From the NCBI GenBank assembly GCA_040285855.1, contig JAUFOQ010000001.1, positions 2,852,001-2,916,000 of the forward strand: 64,000 nucleotides of DNA. The letters run 5' to 3'. The number at the start of each line of letters is the position of its first letter. Within the stretch, counting starts at the first letter, position 1. Of this stretch, positions 50,716-63,306 are shown piece after piece. Source of the DNA: Eukaryota sp. GEM-RC1 (taxonomy: Eukaryota). The position numbers were made by a program, and so were the translations under genes. A model generated the notes under the pieces. The model was not told where the DNA came from, did no database searches, and worked only from the letters and a program-made list of their open reading frames with translations.

Positions 50716-51884
50716 GTTCGTGTTTCGAACTATGCCTAGAACAGAACAAATTAACCAAAGTATGTGTAATAATTTTCCATTTCCATTACAATTCAGTTCA
50801 GTTCAATTCAATTGTAGTCGGTAAAACTCTATATAGCGTAGGTACGTATAGTCCTGTTATAAACAGTGTTGACTGTTCTACGGTCCAGGTGTATTATTTA
50901 TACTTATTTATACTAATAAATCAATGTTAAACTATGATGAGCGTTGTTAATGATTGATTTCTATCAGAACTCACACCCAAGTTTCAAGTCAAGTCATTTT
51001 GCTCAAGTCAACTTGGTATGATTTGACTTGACTTGAGTCATTGAGCAACTCTAATATCAACTCTGTCAGTGAATAGTAATGCTAGTTCGGTCAGTGAATT
51101 TACATTATGTTAAGCCATAAAAAGGTAGAATCTAAATGTAAATGTATTACACATACTTTGGTTAATTTGTTCTGTTCTAGGCATAGTTCGAAACACGAAC
51201 GTGTTATTCAGTTGCCGCACGTATTCCGCTGGTGCGCGTATGGAGTACGTTACCGAACGTGCCGTACGCATTTCGAACTATGGTCATGGGTTATTGTTGG
51301 TGAATATAATGATACAACAGTTTGTCGATAGAATTGTTGTGAGAGAATACAGTGTGTATGAGAATAGACACTGTTTCCTTAATAAAACAAGCCATTGTAT
51401 TGATTTCTAAAGTTGCCTTCAGCTGTCAACGTATTGCTTGTACAACCAGCGATTCAGAATACATTGACCTTTCAATCACTCCCCAGTCCTCTAATGAAGT
51501 AAAAATTCTCCTCAGTCTTCCAAGCCTCACTTTAGACTTTCATGGACTATGCTTCTGGCTCTAAAATCATACTTTATGTAATGAGAAAATAATTCGAATG
51601 ATTTTCATTTCGTAGAATTTCATTTGGAGCAAATATACTACGTTTTGTTTGTTATTTGTAATATTGCAATACAACGTTCATAAATATATATTTAATGTTC
51701 ACAATAACAGTACCATATTGTTCCAGATCTCATATTGCCAATAAATATTGTTGGTACAAAATAAACACATAGCATTAATGTTTGCGGGCAGAGTTGATAT
51801 CCAAAAGAGGGTATTGTTTCATACAGCATTGAATTCAGTTATGATAATTCGAATATAGCAACTAGAAGTTTATTGTCAAATCAT

Positions 51885-52988
51885 CTAATTGTTGTTATTG
51901 TTGTTATTGTTACCGTTCTCTTCACGGTCAACTTGCACTGGTCTCTTCATGTGAGAAGGCATAAAGAAACCACATTTGGGATCGATATGAACTGACAAAC
52001 AGGGACAACGGAAAAGATAAACCTGGATTTGCTGCTCTTGGTTGTTGTTACCATTGTTATTGTTACCATTTTCGGCTCGTTGAACGCGGATGGTGACATT
52101 AGCAGATTCGGTTTCTCTAGCGATGATATCGAGAAGTGGGTTGCACTCTTCGGTGTAAGCTTGGAAGAAGACAGGGACAACAACTTCACCGTTGTTGTTG
52201 TTAGCATTGTTGTTATTCGTTTCCTTTCCAAGAACAACACGGATCTCTTCTTTAATGGGTTCAAAGAAGACTCCTTCAACTTCCTCCTCAACTTCTACAG
52301 TGATGATGTATTCACCTTCAAGTGGTTCCTCTTCCTCGTCAAGTTCGTCTAAAGTTTCTTCCAGAGCAGTTACAAGGTCGTCAGCAGTAGTATCTTCATC
52401 CACCACCACAACGTTGCCTGTTTCGAGGTCTTGAACCAACTGTTGATACTCTTGTTGTCTTTCTTGAGGCACGGCGAAGATGGGGTAGATATCACGTTCT
52501 TGGAGCTGTTGGCGGAGCTGTTGGCGACGTTCTTGCTCCTGTTTGACATTCATTTTGGACTTGGACTTCTTCTGGGTATTGTTGTTGCCGTCGTTGTTGT
52601 TGTTCAGTTCTTGCTCAGTAATTACAACAATAGCAGATGGAGTTTCGTCATCAAAATCGGCTTGTTCAAGGACTTGTTCGATAGCGTCATACATTCGAGA
52701 TTGTCCATTGTTGTTGTTGTTTTCTTCTTCAACAGGTGTTCCTTCAATGGCTTCCACGACAGCCTCTTGATCTTCAGTGAGATTTTGTTCAATTTGCGGT
52801 TCACCGTTAAAGTAGGCATATCCTTGACGAACTTCAGGGTTCTCTTCTCCAAGTTGAGCAGCAGTGTCTTTGGTGACGTTACGGACATCTTCAGTGGGTA
52901 GAGCGTTCCACTTACGAGCATCAAGAATATGGAAAACATCACCAGTACGATTGTTGTTGTTGTTTTCCTGCAGCTTTTGGGGTTCTCC

Positions 52989-53019
<31 letters not shown>

Positions 53020-53318
53020 TCTTCTTGTCTTCGGACATGGACTGGAACATGGAATCGGAGAGGGAACATGCGGCTTCCGGCAATAGTGTAGATCACGGGT
53101 TTGTCAACAAGAACCGGCTCATCATTGTTGTTGTTTCCATTGTTGTTGTCTTCTTCTTCGTCGACTGGCTCTTCACGTCGTTCAACAACACGACCAACAC
53201 AATTGGGATCAACACGATCAAGCTCTTCGAGACCATTTTCACATAAGGATTGGAATTCATTGTGCGATGCAGCGAGGGCAAGACACACCACTAGGGCGAA
53301 AAACAGTAAGTGACGCAT
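51885..53318 (-). CDS. Secreted poly-Asn integrin-beta-head-like protein, copy B
   Basis: 477 aa. Differs from copy A by Asn-run lengths and a few substitutions. Confidence 0.8.
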
Positions 53319-53991
53319 GAGGTGGAAAAAGTGATGTACGATGTTAGTTTGGCCATCTTAAAGGGAACTGTAGATTAGTTGTAGACATGTTTACAGTTGC
53401 TTCAGATTGAATTTTTTTCTTTGCACTCAACTGATCTGCTATGTACGTATTGCTGGTTGTTTGGTCACTAATTGATTCGGGACTATATGGTCAACAAGAA
53501 TCATGTTTGTACAAGAATCGTTCAACAAAACTTAAACGTTATTCTGTGAAATAATATGTTTCAATTTTGTTCTTGACAAACTCTTAGTCTATAAAATGAT
53601 GAACAAATTATTCTCAATGACTTTTTTCGAAGAAGTTTGACTTGACTTATCTGTTTCTTCACTGGAAAGTTCCATCATTGGAGAATCGCCGTCATCAAAC
53701 AACTACTCAATGAAGCCAGTCTATCGAGCTTCGATTGCAGTTAATAGAGATGGTGTTCATCAGTGAAATTATATGTATGGACTACAGCGAAGTAAAAAAC
53801 TACATGAAGAATTATTGTCTGTAGGTCTGGTAAAAATACAGAGTTTATTGTTCCTTCTTAACCAAATACCGTGATAGATTATCATAGAAAAGACAAAACA
53901 AATCCAGAGCGACACATTAACCCAACAAAAGAGGAAGAATATCATTCAAAGATACAAAAAAACGAAGAAATATTGAATCATGAGGAGCAAA

Positions 53992-54452
53992 CTAGTGACG
54001 TTTCATTCCAAGGAATGAGAAAATCATCAACGGCAGTTCCAATACATGCAGTATCATTAGAAGAACGTTGAGGAAAGCTTCAAATTTCAAACTGTAATAA
54101 GACAAACGAAACAAAATGTTAGACATACACGAAACACTGAAAGCTTTGAAGATAAATATAGACCAGTAAACATCCTGCCGAGAGAACAGTTGCAGATATC
54201 AGAGAAACCTTGTGACGATTCCTATTGCCAGAAAATCCTAAGAAGAGTCGTGCGGATTCCGTAAAGATCAGAACAAAGAGAATTATAAAGCCAGATGAAC
54301 ATCCAGGAACTGATGGTAGATAGTAAGACTTGTAGAGTGCCATTGACAAATAAAGAATGCCTATAAGTGGTATGGTCCACCCATGGAAGAATAAAACAAG
54401 TTGAAGCAAAAGCATATAAATGAGATGGAAAAGACTGAATCTGCTTCACCAT
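53992..54452 (-). CDS. Ciliary transition-zone TMEM216/TMEM17-family protein (intron 54092-54128; probable 1-nt indel near 54410)
   Basis: LFFHGW...YK..YLP...ESARLFLGFSGN. Removing the GTATGT...TTACAG intron gives QCFVLKFEAFLNVLLMILHVLEL. Confidence 0.8.
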
Positions 54453-54468
54453 ATAGTCATCGCTTCTA

Positions 54469-54812
54469 ATGTCTCTCCCTGAATCTTTCCTTAACAATAT
54501 TCAAGAACGCTTTGAACCTCTCACATCTAAACTGACTGAACTTGATCAATTACAATCTGAAGCTCTTTCTCTTCTTACATCAGAAGTTTCTCCTTCTGAT
54601 GGTGATACAGTATCTCTTTCACGAAAACATGAAATATCTGAAACTGTTTGTGTTTCCAACCTTTCTCACTTCAGTTTTCCAAAATTCCCGTGTATAGAGA
54701 CCGAATTCAAGGATTGGTCAAATTGATGAATTCTGTTAACAAAAAGATGGAGTCAATTGAAACTAGAGTTGTAACTATCCAGAATGAGCAAGCTAAATTC
54801 GAATCATCATGA
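54469..54812 (+). CDS. Pallidin/snapin-like BLOC-1 coiled-coil subunit (intron 54646-54674)
   Basis: Splicing GTTTGT...TTCAG yields ETFSKIPVYRDRIQGLVKLMNSVNKKMESIETRVVTIQ. Confidence 0.6.
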
Positions 54813-55234
54813 TTAGTTGTACTAAGGGTCTTTGACAGCCCAATGTGTTTGTATTGAAAATGTAACACAAAATGTGTAGATATGTGTTGGTACGGAGTTC
54901 TAACATTTTTGAAAAATATGTAAATAATGAAGTTTTACTATAAGGAGTTTCTATAAATTCCTCTAAACAAATGTACTATTAAATACGAATTAATCATGTA
55001 AACCAAAAATACTTCGAGATTTGGTCTAAACAGGCATCTAAACACACTGTTTTTCTTCAAAAGACTTCCAAAAACACGATATTCATCAATCCCTGGAAGA
55101 AATAAAGCATTAAAATCAAATTTCCAACAAATCGACAAATTCTTAAAAAATCCTGTTTCACTAGAAACTAGATTCAATTAAATGTTTTAAACCATCACTA
55201 AAAAAACTAAAAAAAACTACACATCACATCGTCA

Positions 55235-56596
55235 TCACACACTAACAACGTCAGTACCTTTTTTAGAATTTCCAAAATATTTCGCACTACGACTTCCAAA
55301 CTGAATTGCCTTTTTCGAGAACCCAGCACAATCCAACCCTAACTTCTTAGCCTCCCTTCTCAACAAAACTTTATCCTTAAACCCATCCCCATTGTCCTGA
55401 ATATGGAAACGATGAGGTACAGCCATGGCCAGAGCAACAACCTCGTGATAGAGAAAGGGGAATCCTAGGGAGATACTGGCGGAGGAAGCAGTGCGAACAT
55501 CACGACAGAGACCAGAAATCAAGGAATGACGTGCGTTGTTGACGGAACTGGCAAGTGCCGCATCACCGTGATTTTTGAAAACTGATTGGAATCGATGATA
55601 GCCAACAAAGAGCTCATCTGCCGATTGGCCCATCAGAACTATTGGATTGGGAACATGAGGGTCAGAAACTGAACTGAATCCGGCAAGTAATGACGTGCTA
55701 ATGTTAATATCCATTACAGTAGTCTTGGGTAAACACGCGTACATTGCAGACTCTCGGAGACTCATCACGTCATCAACAGAGAAGTCTGGAGAAGTCAAAG
55801 TAAAAACAACCTTGGGGAACAGCGACTTCAGTTGATTATACGATGTGATTGCGTTATGACGATCAACTGCCTCGTCATCAAAGGACACGTTATAGAGATT
55901 GATTGAGCGCTTCCTCTTCTGTTGAAGTGACCACTGGGCAGCAGCAAAGGCAATTAGAGTGGAGTCCAGACCTCCTGAGAAAGAGACATGAACTTCTTGA
56001 AAAGGGAGAGGCGTAAGAATGTGGTCAATGGCAGTCACCAGACTAGTAATAGAAAAGGAAGGGGCTGGGATTGTATCTCCAATGTCATTGATTAAAAAGG
56101 TGAGGGGAGGGGGAGGGAGGCAAGGAGGTGGGAAGGGAGAAGATATGGATCCAGTGGATAGATCGAGTTTGAAGACACCTGGAGGAACTTCTTTGCAGAA
56201 GGTGTGTGAGCAACGGAGGAAGGAGGGTATGTAGGTTGCTAGGAGGAACTCTGTGGAGCTGTGGAAGGCTAATAGAGGTGATGATGACCATTTATCAACA
56301 CCAAAGTAAACCATATTGTCCTTTGTGTAAGCAACAAAGGAAAAAGGTGTACATGAGGTGTAGCATAGTTTGACAAGGTTATCTAGGGTTTGTGTAGAGT
56401 TGGAAAGTTTGGGATTAAGACAGGAGATTGTATATTCAACATCGCTATAATGTTTGTCATGAATGAATGGAAGAGATAGATTTAGTTCTGATGCAAAAGA
56501 GCCAGAGCAAACGGAACAAAAGGGTTGAGAGAAAAAGTTGGTGCATGACTTGACATAATCCACATTGAAGCATGCCTGTACAGTGCCTAAAGTCAT
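55235..56596 (-). CDS. ASNSD1: Asparagine synthetase domain-containing protein (ASNSD1-like)
   Basis: FSGGLDS, GQSADELFVGYHRF, DKVLLR, KKAIQFGSRSAK. Confidence 0.8.
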   Translation of the reverse strand: MTLGTVQACFNVDYVKSCTNFFSQPFCSVCSGSFASELNLSLPFIHDKHYSDVEYTISCLNPKLSNSTQTLDNLVKLCYTSCTPFSFVAYTKDNMVYFGVDKWSSSPLLAFHSSTEFLLATYIPSFLRCSHTFCKEVPPGVFKLDLSTGSISSPFPPPCLPPPPLTFLINDIGDTIPAPSFSITSLVTAIDHILTPLPFQEVHVSFSGGLDSTLIAFAAAQWSLQQKRKRSINLYNVSFDDEAVDRHNAITSYNQLKSLFPKVVFTLTSPDFSVDDVMSLRESAMYACLPKTTVMDINISTSLLAGFSSVSDPHVPNPIVLMGQSADELFVGYHRFQSVFKNHGDAALASSVNNARHSLISGLCRDVRTASSASISLGFPFLYHEVVALAMAVPHRFHIQDNGDGFKDKVLLRREAKKLGLDCAGFSKKAIQFGSRSAKYFGNSKKGTDVVSV

Positions 56597-56694
56597 TTGT
56601 TAACCTGTGGAAGAAAGGTCTGATGACGAGTAGTTTTCTCAAGAAAGATTTTGAGTCCTTGTCATGGTTGTGTTTCCTATCATCGCTATCACAA

Positions 56695-57686
56695 ATGTCT
56701 AAAGCTCTCCGTGAAGCTAAACACTCTCCGTCTTGTATCCATTTTCAGGAGTCACTTTTAACCTCAATCATTTCTCATTCGATCAATCGTTCTTGCAATT
56801 CTTATCTTGAAATAGATCACCCCAATTCTCGTCGTTCCTTCCGTCGTTTGAGTGATTTACCCAGAGTCTTCAAAAGATTGCCTATGTTAGTCACCATTTT
56901 TTCCTTACAACTTCTTTTGCACTTAAAATGTTCTTTGAAACAAACACATTTCCTATAGTTTTTAACGATCTATCTCCACTCAAGTCTATCGCTGCCCTTT
57001 TTGGAGCTGATATCCGTTCTATTTTCTTACATGTCAACGGTATCTCGGAAGTTAACGATTATCTAAGTTATTCTCATATAATTTCTGGTTTGGAGGGGAC
57101 CTTGAGGAACCACAATGATTTAGCTTGTCTCAATCTAAACAGTTCTTCCTTCTTTTCTCAACTGAAACACTTCTGTGTACGCGTCGATGCTTCTATTTTT
57201 TTGACATTGGTTGAACAACTTCACCGTTCCACATCCCCAATTACTAAACTTAATCTAGAAGACATCTCTATTGGTGATGCCGGAGCCAAGAGTCTAGCTG
57301 AAGCATTGAAAGTTAATACCACGCTTGTTGAGCTTGACGTAAAGGGCAATGGCATCCTTGATGAAGGTGCTATTGCATTAGCAGAGGCTCTCAAAGTCAA
57401 TTCAACACTTATTGAGATGGATCTAGGATGGAACTCTATTGGTAATGAAGGTGCCTTTGCTTTGGCTGAGGCTTTGCACCTTAATTCAACAATTTCTGTA
57501 TTGAATCTTTTTGATAATGCTATTTGCGATGAAGGAGCAATTGCTTTAACTCAATCATTACGAGTGAATTCCTCAATCACTGAGCTTTACCTTTGGTACA
57601 ATCACTTATCTCCTGACATTGAAGAGTACTGTTATAGTGTTTCAAATGGTAGGATTAAGTTCACTTTTCCATGTCTACCTGCGTAA
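56695..57686 (+). CDS. Leucine-rich repeat protein (RNI/NLRC3-like 28-aa repeats), frameshift near 56900-56930
   Basis: Repeats of IGDEGA.ALAEALKVNSTL..L.L..N. The N-terminus is in the overlapping ORF from MSKALRE. Confidence 0.8.
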
Positions 57687-58486
57687 TTTAGTTTTAGTGT
57701 CTTTAATTTGAGTCTTCATTTGTTTCCAATTTACTTAATGTAATTTGATTTAAGTGGAAGTAGTTATGGTTGCTCAAAACTTCTACACATCAAATTTGGA
57801 CTTTGTTGAAATTGACTATTGTGGGCATTTAGTTATCATTATGTTACATGTAGTTCTTTTAATATCGTCGAGGTCACAATACAAGCAACTTTAATAACTC
57901 TACAAGTATACACTTCACTGTGATTGTTGTTGGAAATTTGCTTGCATTTGGGTTGTTTAAATCCCTCTTGTGTATAATCAAAGAATATTCGTGACAATAA
58001 AACCAACAGTGGTTTGGAAAATTAATATTTTCAACCAGTATTCATTAAACTATTCTAATCAATCATGAAGATCTAAATCTAAGCAAAATAAACACCAAAA
58101 ATCGGACATCAATTCTTTCATTAAATACGGTTTCTACTCATCTCATGAATCATTGACCATCGTTGAAACCAACTTCTGCTTGAGGCTAGTATGGGAAACT
58201 TCATTGTATCATTGTTGCCTATAACTCTAGTTATTCTTACAATACGGACTTGTCCTTCAAATGTTACATGTGTCTTTTTTAAAAAGTGTTTTGGTTAAGG
58301 CAACAATGCATTAGAGCAATCGCAGCCTTACAAAATATTTACTTGATGAGCATGTCTCAGCATAGATGAAAGGTTTCAGATGTAGAAACACTCGACGATT
58401 GAAAGTATTTGGGAAATAATGTTGAATTAACGCAGAACCATGAATGACGTTTTGACTTTCTGTCTAGGCATTTTTCTGATACAACG

Positions 58487-61400
58487 ATGAATGTTCTACT
58501 ACTTCTTGTTCTCACTGTTCTATTAGGCATCACTGCTGCTGAGGATGCAAAACTACTCGAGGACGGTGTTACCATAACCAAACAGTTTGCTGATCCCGAA
58601 TACTGGAACTTCTACTACGTCGATATCACTTCCTCCAACGATCATGTCCTTGTCCAAGTCGAGTGTAAATCCGGTCTCTACTACTTGGCCCACAACTTCG
58701 AATCTCAACCCTCTGCTGAGTCTCCTGTCACTGACTGGGACCACTTCACTGTCATTTCTTGTCTCCAGCCCTCTATCTACCCTGCTACCAGTTCTCACAA
58801 CGCTGGTCGCCTCTACATTGGCGTGGCTTCCCTTCCTTCCCCCGTTAAACTAGAGTACCAGATTACAGGACAACAGCCCCAACGATTCAGTAAAGTTGAT
58901 AGTGACAATCATCTCTCTATTGATGTTGAACAGGACATTTCTGACACGTGGCATATGGGTGACAAAGCTCAGGTGCATATCTACTCAAAAGAATTGGCTT
59001 CTAATGAATATGTTGTGATTTCTTTAGAAGTTCCGAATATTGAGTTTCGATATTCTGTTCTGCTATCTTGGAATTATTTCCTAATTCCAAATAGATTTAT
59101 GGATATCTATAGGAATTTTGAAATTTCTAGAGCTGATACTGGTGGGTTTGCTTTATTCCCACATTCAGGGTTTCAAAAATCTTCTTTCGGAGCCTTTGTT
59201 GAACCTAAATGGACAGCCATTCACCCTGCTTTTCTTAAGGTAAAAGCTGAGAAGAAGAAGTTCCCGGAAACTGTCAAAATTGATGGTTCATCAGTTGATA
59301 ATTTTGAATTTGATAGTAATCATAAGTTCCATTCGGTATTTAACCCCCATTGATCTTGCCGTTTTCAGTGGTCAATCCCACTCATCGATTAAAAATTGAA
59401 ATATCTGTCAAAATTGATGGAGATGGTGCTTACAACTTTGCAATCTTTGATAAAACTTTTTCAGTGTTCCACCCAGAACGACGCTGTGTTTTCGACCCTG
59501 ATGTTGATTACGCTGTCGATGATTGTCAAGGGTTTACGTCACTTTCTGATATCTTCTTGTTGAATCCTATTGACGATTATTATCTTTTTCTTTTCCAGTG
59601 GATTCAGAATCTGATGGCAAAATTACTGCCAAAATTAAATTTTCCTCTATCAATGATCATGTTGAGTCAGTCGTTCCCAACGATCCTTTCAAATTAAAAA
59701 ATGTCAAGAATTGGAAAAATTTCATGTTTCAATTGAACCTCGACTCCTTTACTTCTCCCTTCTCTATTCACTTCAGTTCAATTCCAGAAGATGATGTAAA
59801 GTTGTGTTATTCTGTGTATGATTTACCTGGATTAGATGTTCCTGTTTGTCATGAGGGATTTGCTGATTATATTCAATCAATCAAATCAAAATCAATCATT
59901 TTTGATGAGCCAAACTCCATCAATAGTCCTTTTCCAGCAAATTCTGTTGTTATTTTTACAGTTGAAACTTTTTCAAAAATGGATACTGAAATTTCCTTTA
60001 TTTTTAACAAATGTGATGCAGGAACTGCAGGTCCTACTTGCAGTGAAAGTATTCAAAATTATCTGATCGAAATTTTGAATTTTCCCAAAATTTCACTTCC
60101 CATTTCCTTCTACCAAGTTTAGATTTTTTCTCCATCTGTAATTGGCAAGTATCAGTTGATTGCAGTCAATCATGGATCCCTATCGTATATCGACATGGTA
60201 GTCCAGCTGCTACTAATTACCCCCAAGAACCATACCTACTCACAGACAGCCAATCAACAACCACAGTTACAATCAAAAGAGACGACCAATCATTTATGAT
60301 TGATCCCGTGATTACCGTATGGTACAACGCCTCTGACAGCCAATCAATCTCTGGCAAAGTCAACCTTGAACTCGACTGCAATTGCCAAAACGGTGAATTA
60401 GATGACGTTGGTATCTGCCACTGTGATGACGAATGGTACGGGGCTAGATGTCAGCACAAGATATACAGAAGCTTCCACGCACTTAGTGAAGACTCAGTTC
60501 TAGCACCTACGGAAACCAAGGTTGTACGATTGTTCTTAAGTAATTTTACCATGTTTTCCTGGTCGATGCAGGCTGATAATCGTTACTCAACTGATTTTGA
60601 TTTCGATATGTATTTCTCTACTGATCCCCATACGATTGACCGTCTGCCTCTCTATCAAATCATTCCCACGCGATACATTCCTTTTAGAAACGAAGACCAC
60701 TTCTACATTTCTACTCCCAGCAATGGCTTTTACTTTGTCTTCTTTAGATGTAAGGACAAGTCCAATAGTTGTAGGATTTCAATCAAGGGAGATACCCCAA
60801 GTAAACGTTGTCCTAATGATTGCTCTGGTAATGGGGAATGTGACACGACAACTGGCACGTGTGATTGCTTCTCTGGTTGGTTCAACTCTGATTGTTCTTC
60901 TAGTTGTGGTCGAGGAAGTGTTTACTATCAAGGGAAGTGCCAGTTATGTGACAGAGGTTTCTACAATGATAAAAGCGCGGCAACCACTTGCTTACCATGT
61001 AATGCTGGTCACTACTGCTATGCTGTTGGTCAGAAACATCCTGAGAAATGTCCAACTGGTTCTTACACCCCCAGTGATGGTCTCCCTCATAGAAGTTGCT
61101 TTACTTGTGAGGCAGGGACTTTTACTAATGTAGAAGGAACAGTCCGATGTAAGAATTGTAACTCTGGACTTTTCTGTCCTTATTCTGGAGCTAAGGAACC
61201 AGATGTTTGTGATCCTGGTACTTACACTCCTGCTGATAACAATAGGTATATGACGTGTTTAGATTGTGAAAAGGGCAATTATCAAAATGATTCTGGAGAA
61301 ACAGGTTGCAAACCGTGTAATGGCGGTCACTACTGTCCAAATGAGAAGCAAATCACTCCACTTCATTGTGATCCTGGTCGTTACACCCCTCTAAACAACA

Positions 61401-61840
61401 AAAGCCATACCTCTTGTCTCTTGTGTAGTAAAGGCTTCTTTGCTGAATCCATGGGCCAAGATGCTTGTGATCCTTGCAACTCTGGTCATTACTGTGCTGA
61501 GGAAGGTGCCAGCAATACTTCTTTATGTATTCCTGGCCAGTATACTCCCCGTGCAGGTAACTTCACTGAATGTTTATTGTGCAAAGTGAATTATTTCAAC
61601 CGAGATCCAGGTTCTGTTGAGTGTTTAGACTGTCCTATTCATTATAAGACTTTTGATAGGGGTGAGTCTCAATGTCACTTAGATGAATGGTTCGTTATTA
61701 AGATAGCTGCTATTGCGTTCTTGTTGTTTGTTATACTGCCCATCCTGGCTTGTCTTGCGTCTAAGAAGCAACGAAAACTCAAGAAAATGGGAGGACTGTT
61801 GTTAGATGATATAGATCATGATGACGACTTATTGGAGTAG
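58487..61840 (+). CDS. Large type-I membrane protein with EGF-like and Cys-rich (GCC2/GCC3-like) repeats, split by several frameshifts
   Basis: Signal peptide at 58487; abutting same-strand ORFs; CPNDCSGNGEC; repeated C..C..G.Y; a TM helix; and an acidic dileucine-like tail. Confidence 0.8.
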
Positions 61841-62627
61841 TTTTATTTATTTTATGTATTTGTTATACTGTGTGGAATTGTATAGTTAGGGTATATAAAT
61901 TTGGATGTTTGTATCAATAGTTATGATCTTCAATAGACGTATATTAGCATTGCAAAGTATTTGCTTATTATATCTTAGCCAATAGTGTTGACATGCATCA
62001 CATTTTTCCTTTGAGAAAGATAATCATTGCACTCAAACCGCAGATATTAATGGAGCAGATGTTGTTTTTCGGTGCAATTGAATGGAATTAAACTACATAA
62101 TAGAAAAACCCTGAGCGTAAAAGAGGCTTTCATTTCTATATACATAACATCGGGAAATTTATCAGTCTTCTTTATTTGAATTATCTGAATCCTGATGGTT
62201 TAAGGGACTTTTACATAATACAAGAGTCCGCAATGAAAACTGGTAAAATTTGGTCAACAAAACACACATTATACAGGATATATTTGAATGGTATTTAAAA
62301 AGTGCTGATCGACAACACTGTCAATGGACCATATACACAAATTTGAAAACTGGCCACTGAATGATCTCTAAGGATGTTTTAGTAGAAGCAATCATCCAAA
62401 TCAGACTACATGCAGGAATTCTTCATATGACGTTCATTTGTTGTACTCTCGTAGTTCAGGAAACGCACTAAATTCTTCAAATACCACAAGAAAAAGGACA
62501 AAACACAACAACCCTCCAGGGTGGAAAGCGAAATCTTGAATCATCATTAAAAGCACATTGAAGGAAATTCAATCAAAAAAAAACTTGAAGTCTCATATCA
62601 ACCTTTTCCACACAAGTAACTAACGTC

Positions 62628-63197
62628 ATGAAGATTCTCTTCCTTATTGTTCTTGTCTTTGCTCTGACATCCGCTTGTAACTTCTCCTGTTTCCAATCTT
62701 CATGTAGAACAACCGGCGGTTCAGGCGAAAGATGCCAGTGTACTACTTTAACGGATAGAGGAGTTACTAGATATCATGCTATGTGTACAGCTCGTGGTGC
62801 AACGTCCTGTGAAAAGACCGATGACCTTACGGGATGTAGCATTCACGGAAATAACGCTCAATGTACTCTTACTCGTCGCACTTCAGGAGCTGCTACGTGG
62901 TATGTATCTTACTGTCAGGCTAACAGTGCCTCTCGATGTTCTCAAAAGTTGGCTGGTTCTAACTGTGAAGTTGTAGGAGAGAATGCGCGTTGTACTACTG
63001 GTATTCTGTCTTATAGAGGAGCTCCTTGGATTGTACCGCTATGTCAAGCTGACAGAGCGTTGCAATGCTCTGTCAATTGTGGAACTTCTGCTTGTGATCG
63101 CGATTGTACCGGTACCGGTAAGAGAGCTGACTGTCACTGTTTTGTTCAGAGTTCAAAGACTCAAGTATTCTTAAGTGCCAAATGCAACTGTGTATAA
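62628..63197 (+). CDS. Small secreted Cys-rich protein with about four internal repeats
   Basis: Signal peptide and repeated C...G..A.C...(Y/W)...C units. Confidence 0.8.
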   Translation: MKILFLIVLVFALTSACNFSCFQSSCRTTGGSGERCQCTTLTDRGVTRYHAMCTARGATSCEKTDDLTGCSIHGNNAQCTLTRRTSGAATWYVSYCQANSASRCSQKLAGSNCEVVGENARCTTGILSYRGAPWIVPLCQADRALQCSVNCGTSACDRDCTGTGKRADCHCFVQSSKTQVFLSAKCNCV

Positions 63198-63306
63198 CAT
63201 TGACGTTTCTATTCATCTTAAGTCTCAGTTAACTTAGTCTCCTTACTTCAGTAAGTTGTCACTTCAGTTCTACAATGTAAATATTAATAAAAGAAAAAGC
63301 AAACTA

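Larger units (their letters stand above)
48528..53397. repeat. Large inverted repeat: arms 48528-50771 and 51145-53397, 373-bp spacer
   Basis: The arms are reverse complements, and mirrored ORFs appear in the ORF track. Confidence 0.97.

Noticed and set aside
48612..53313. Many overlapping poly-Thr/Val/Leu ORFs
   Set aside because: They are shadow frames of AAC repeats in the two real genes.
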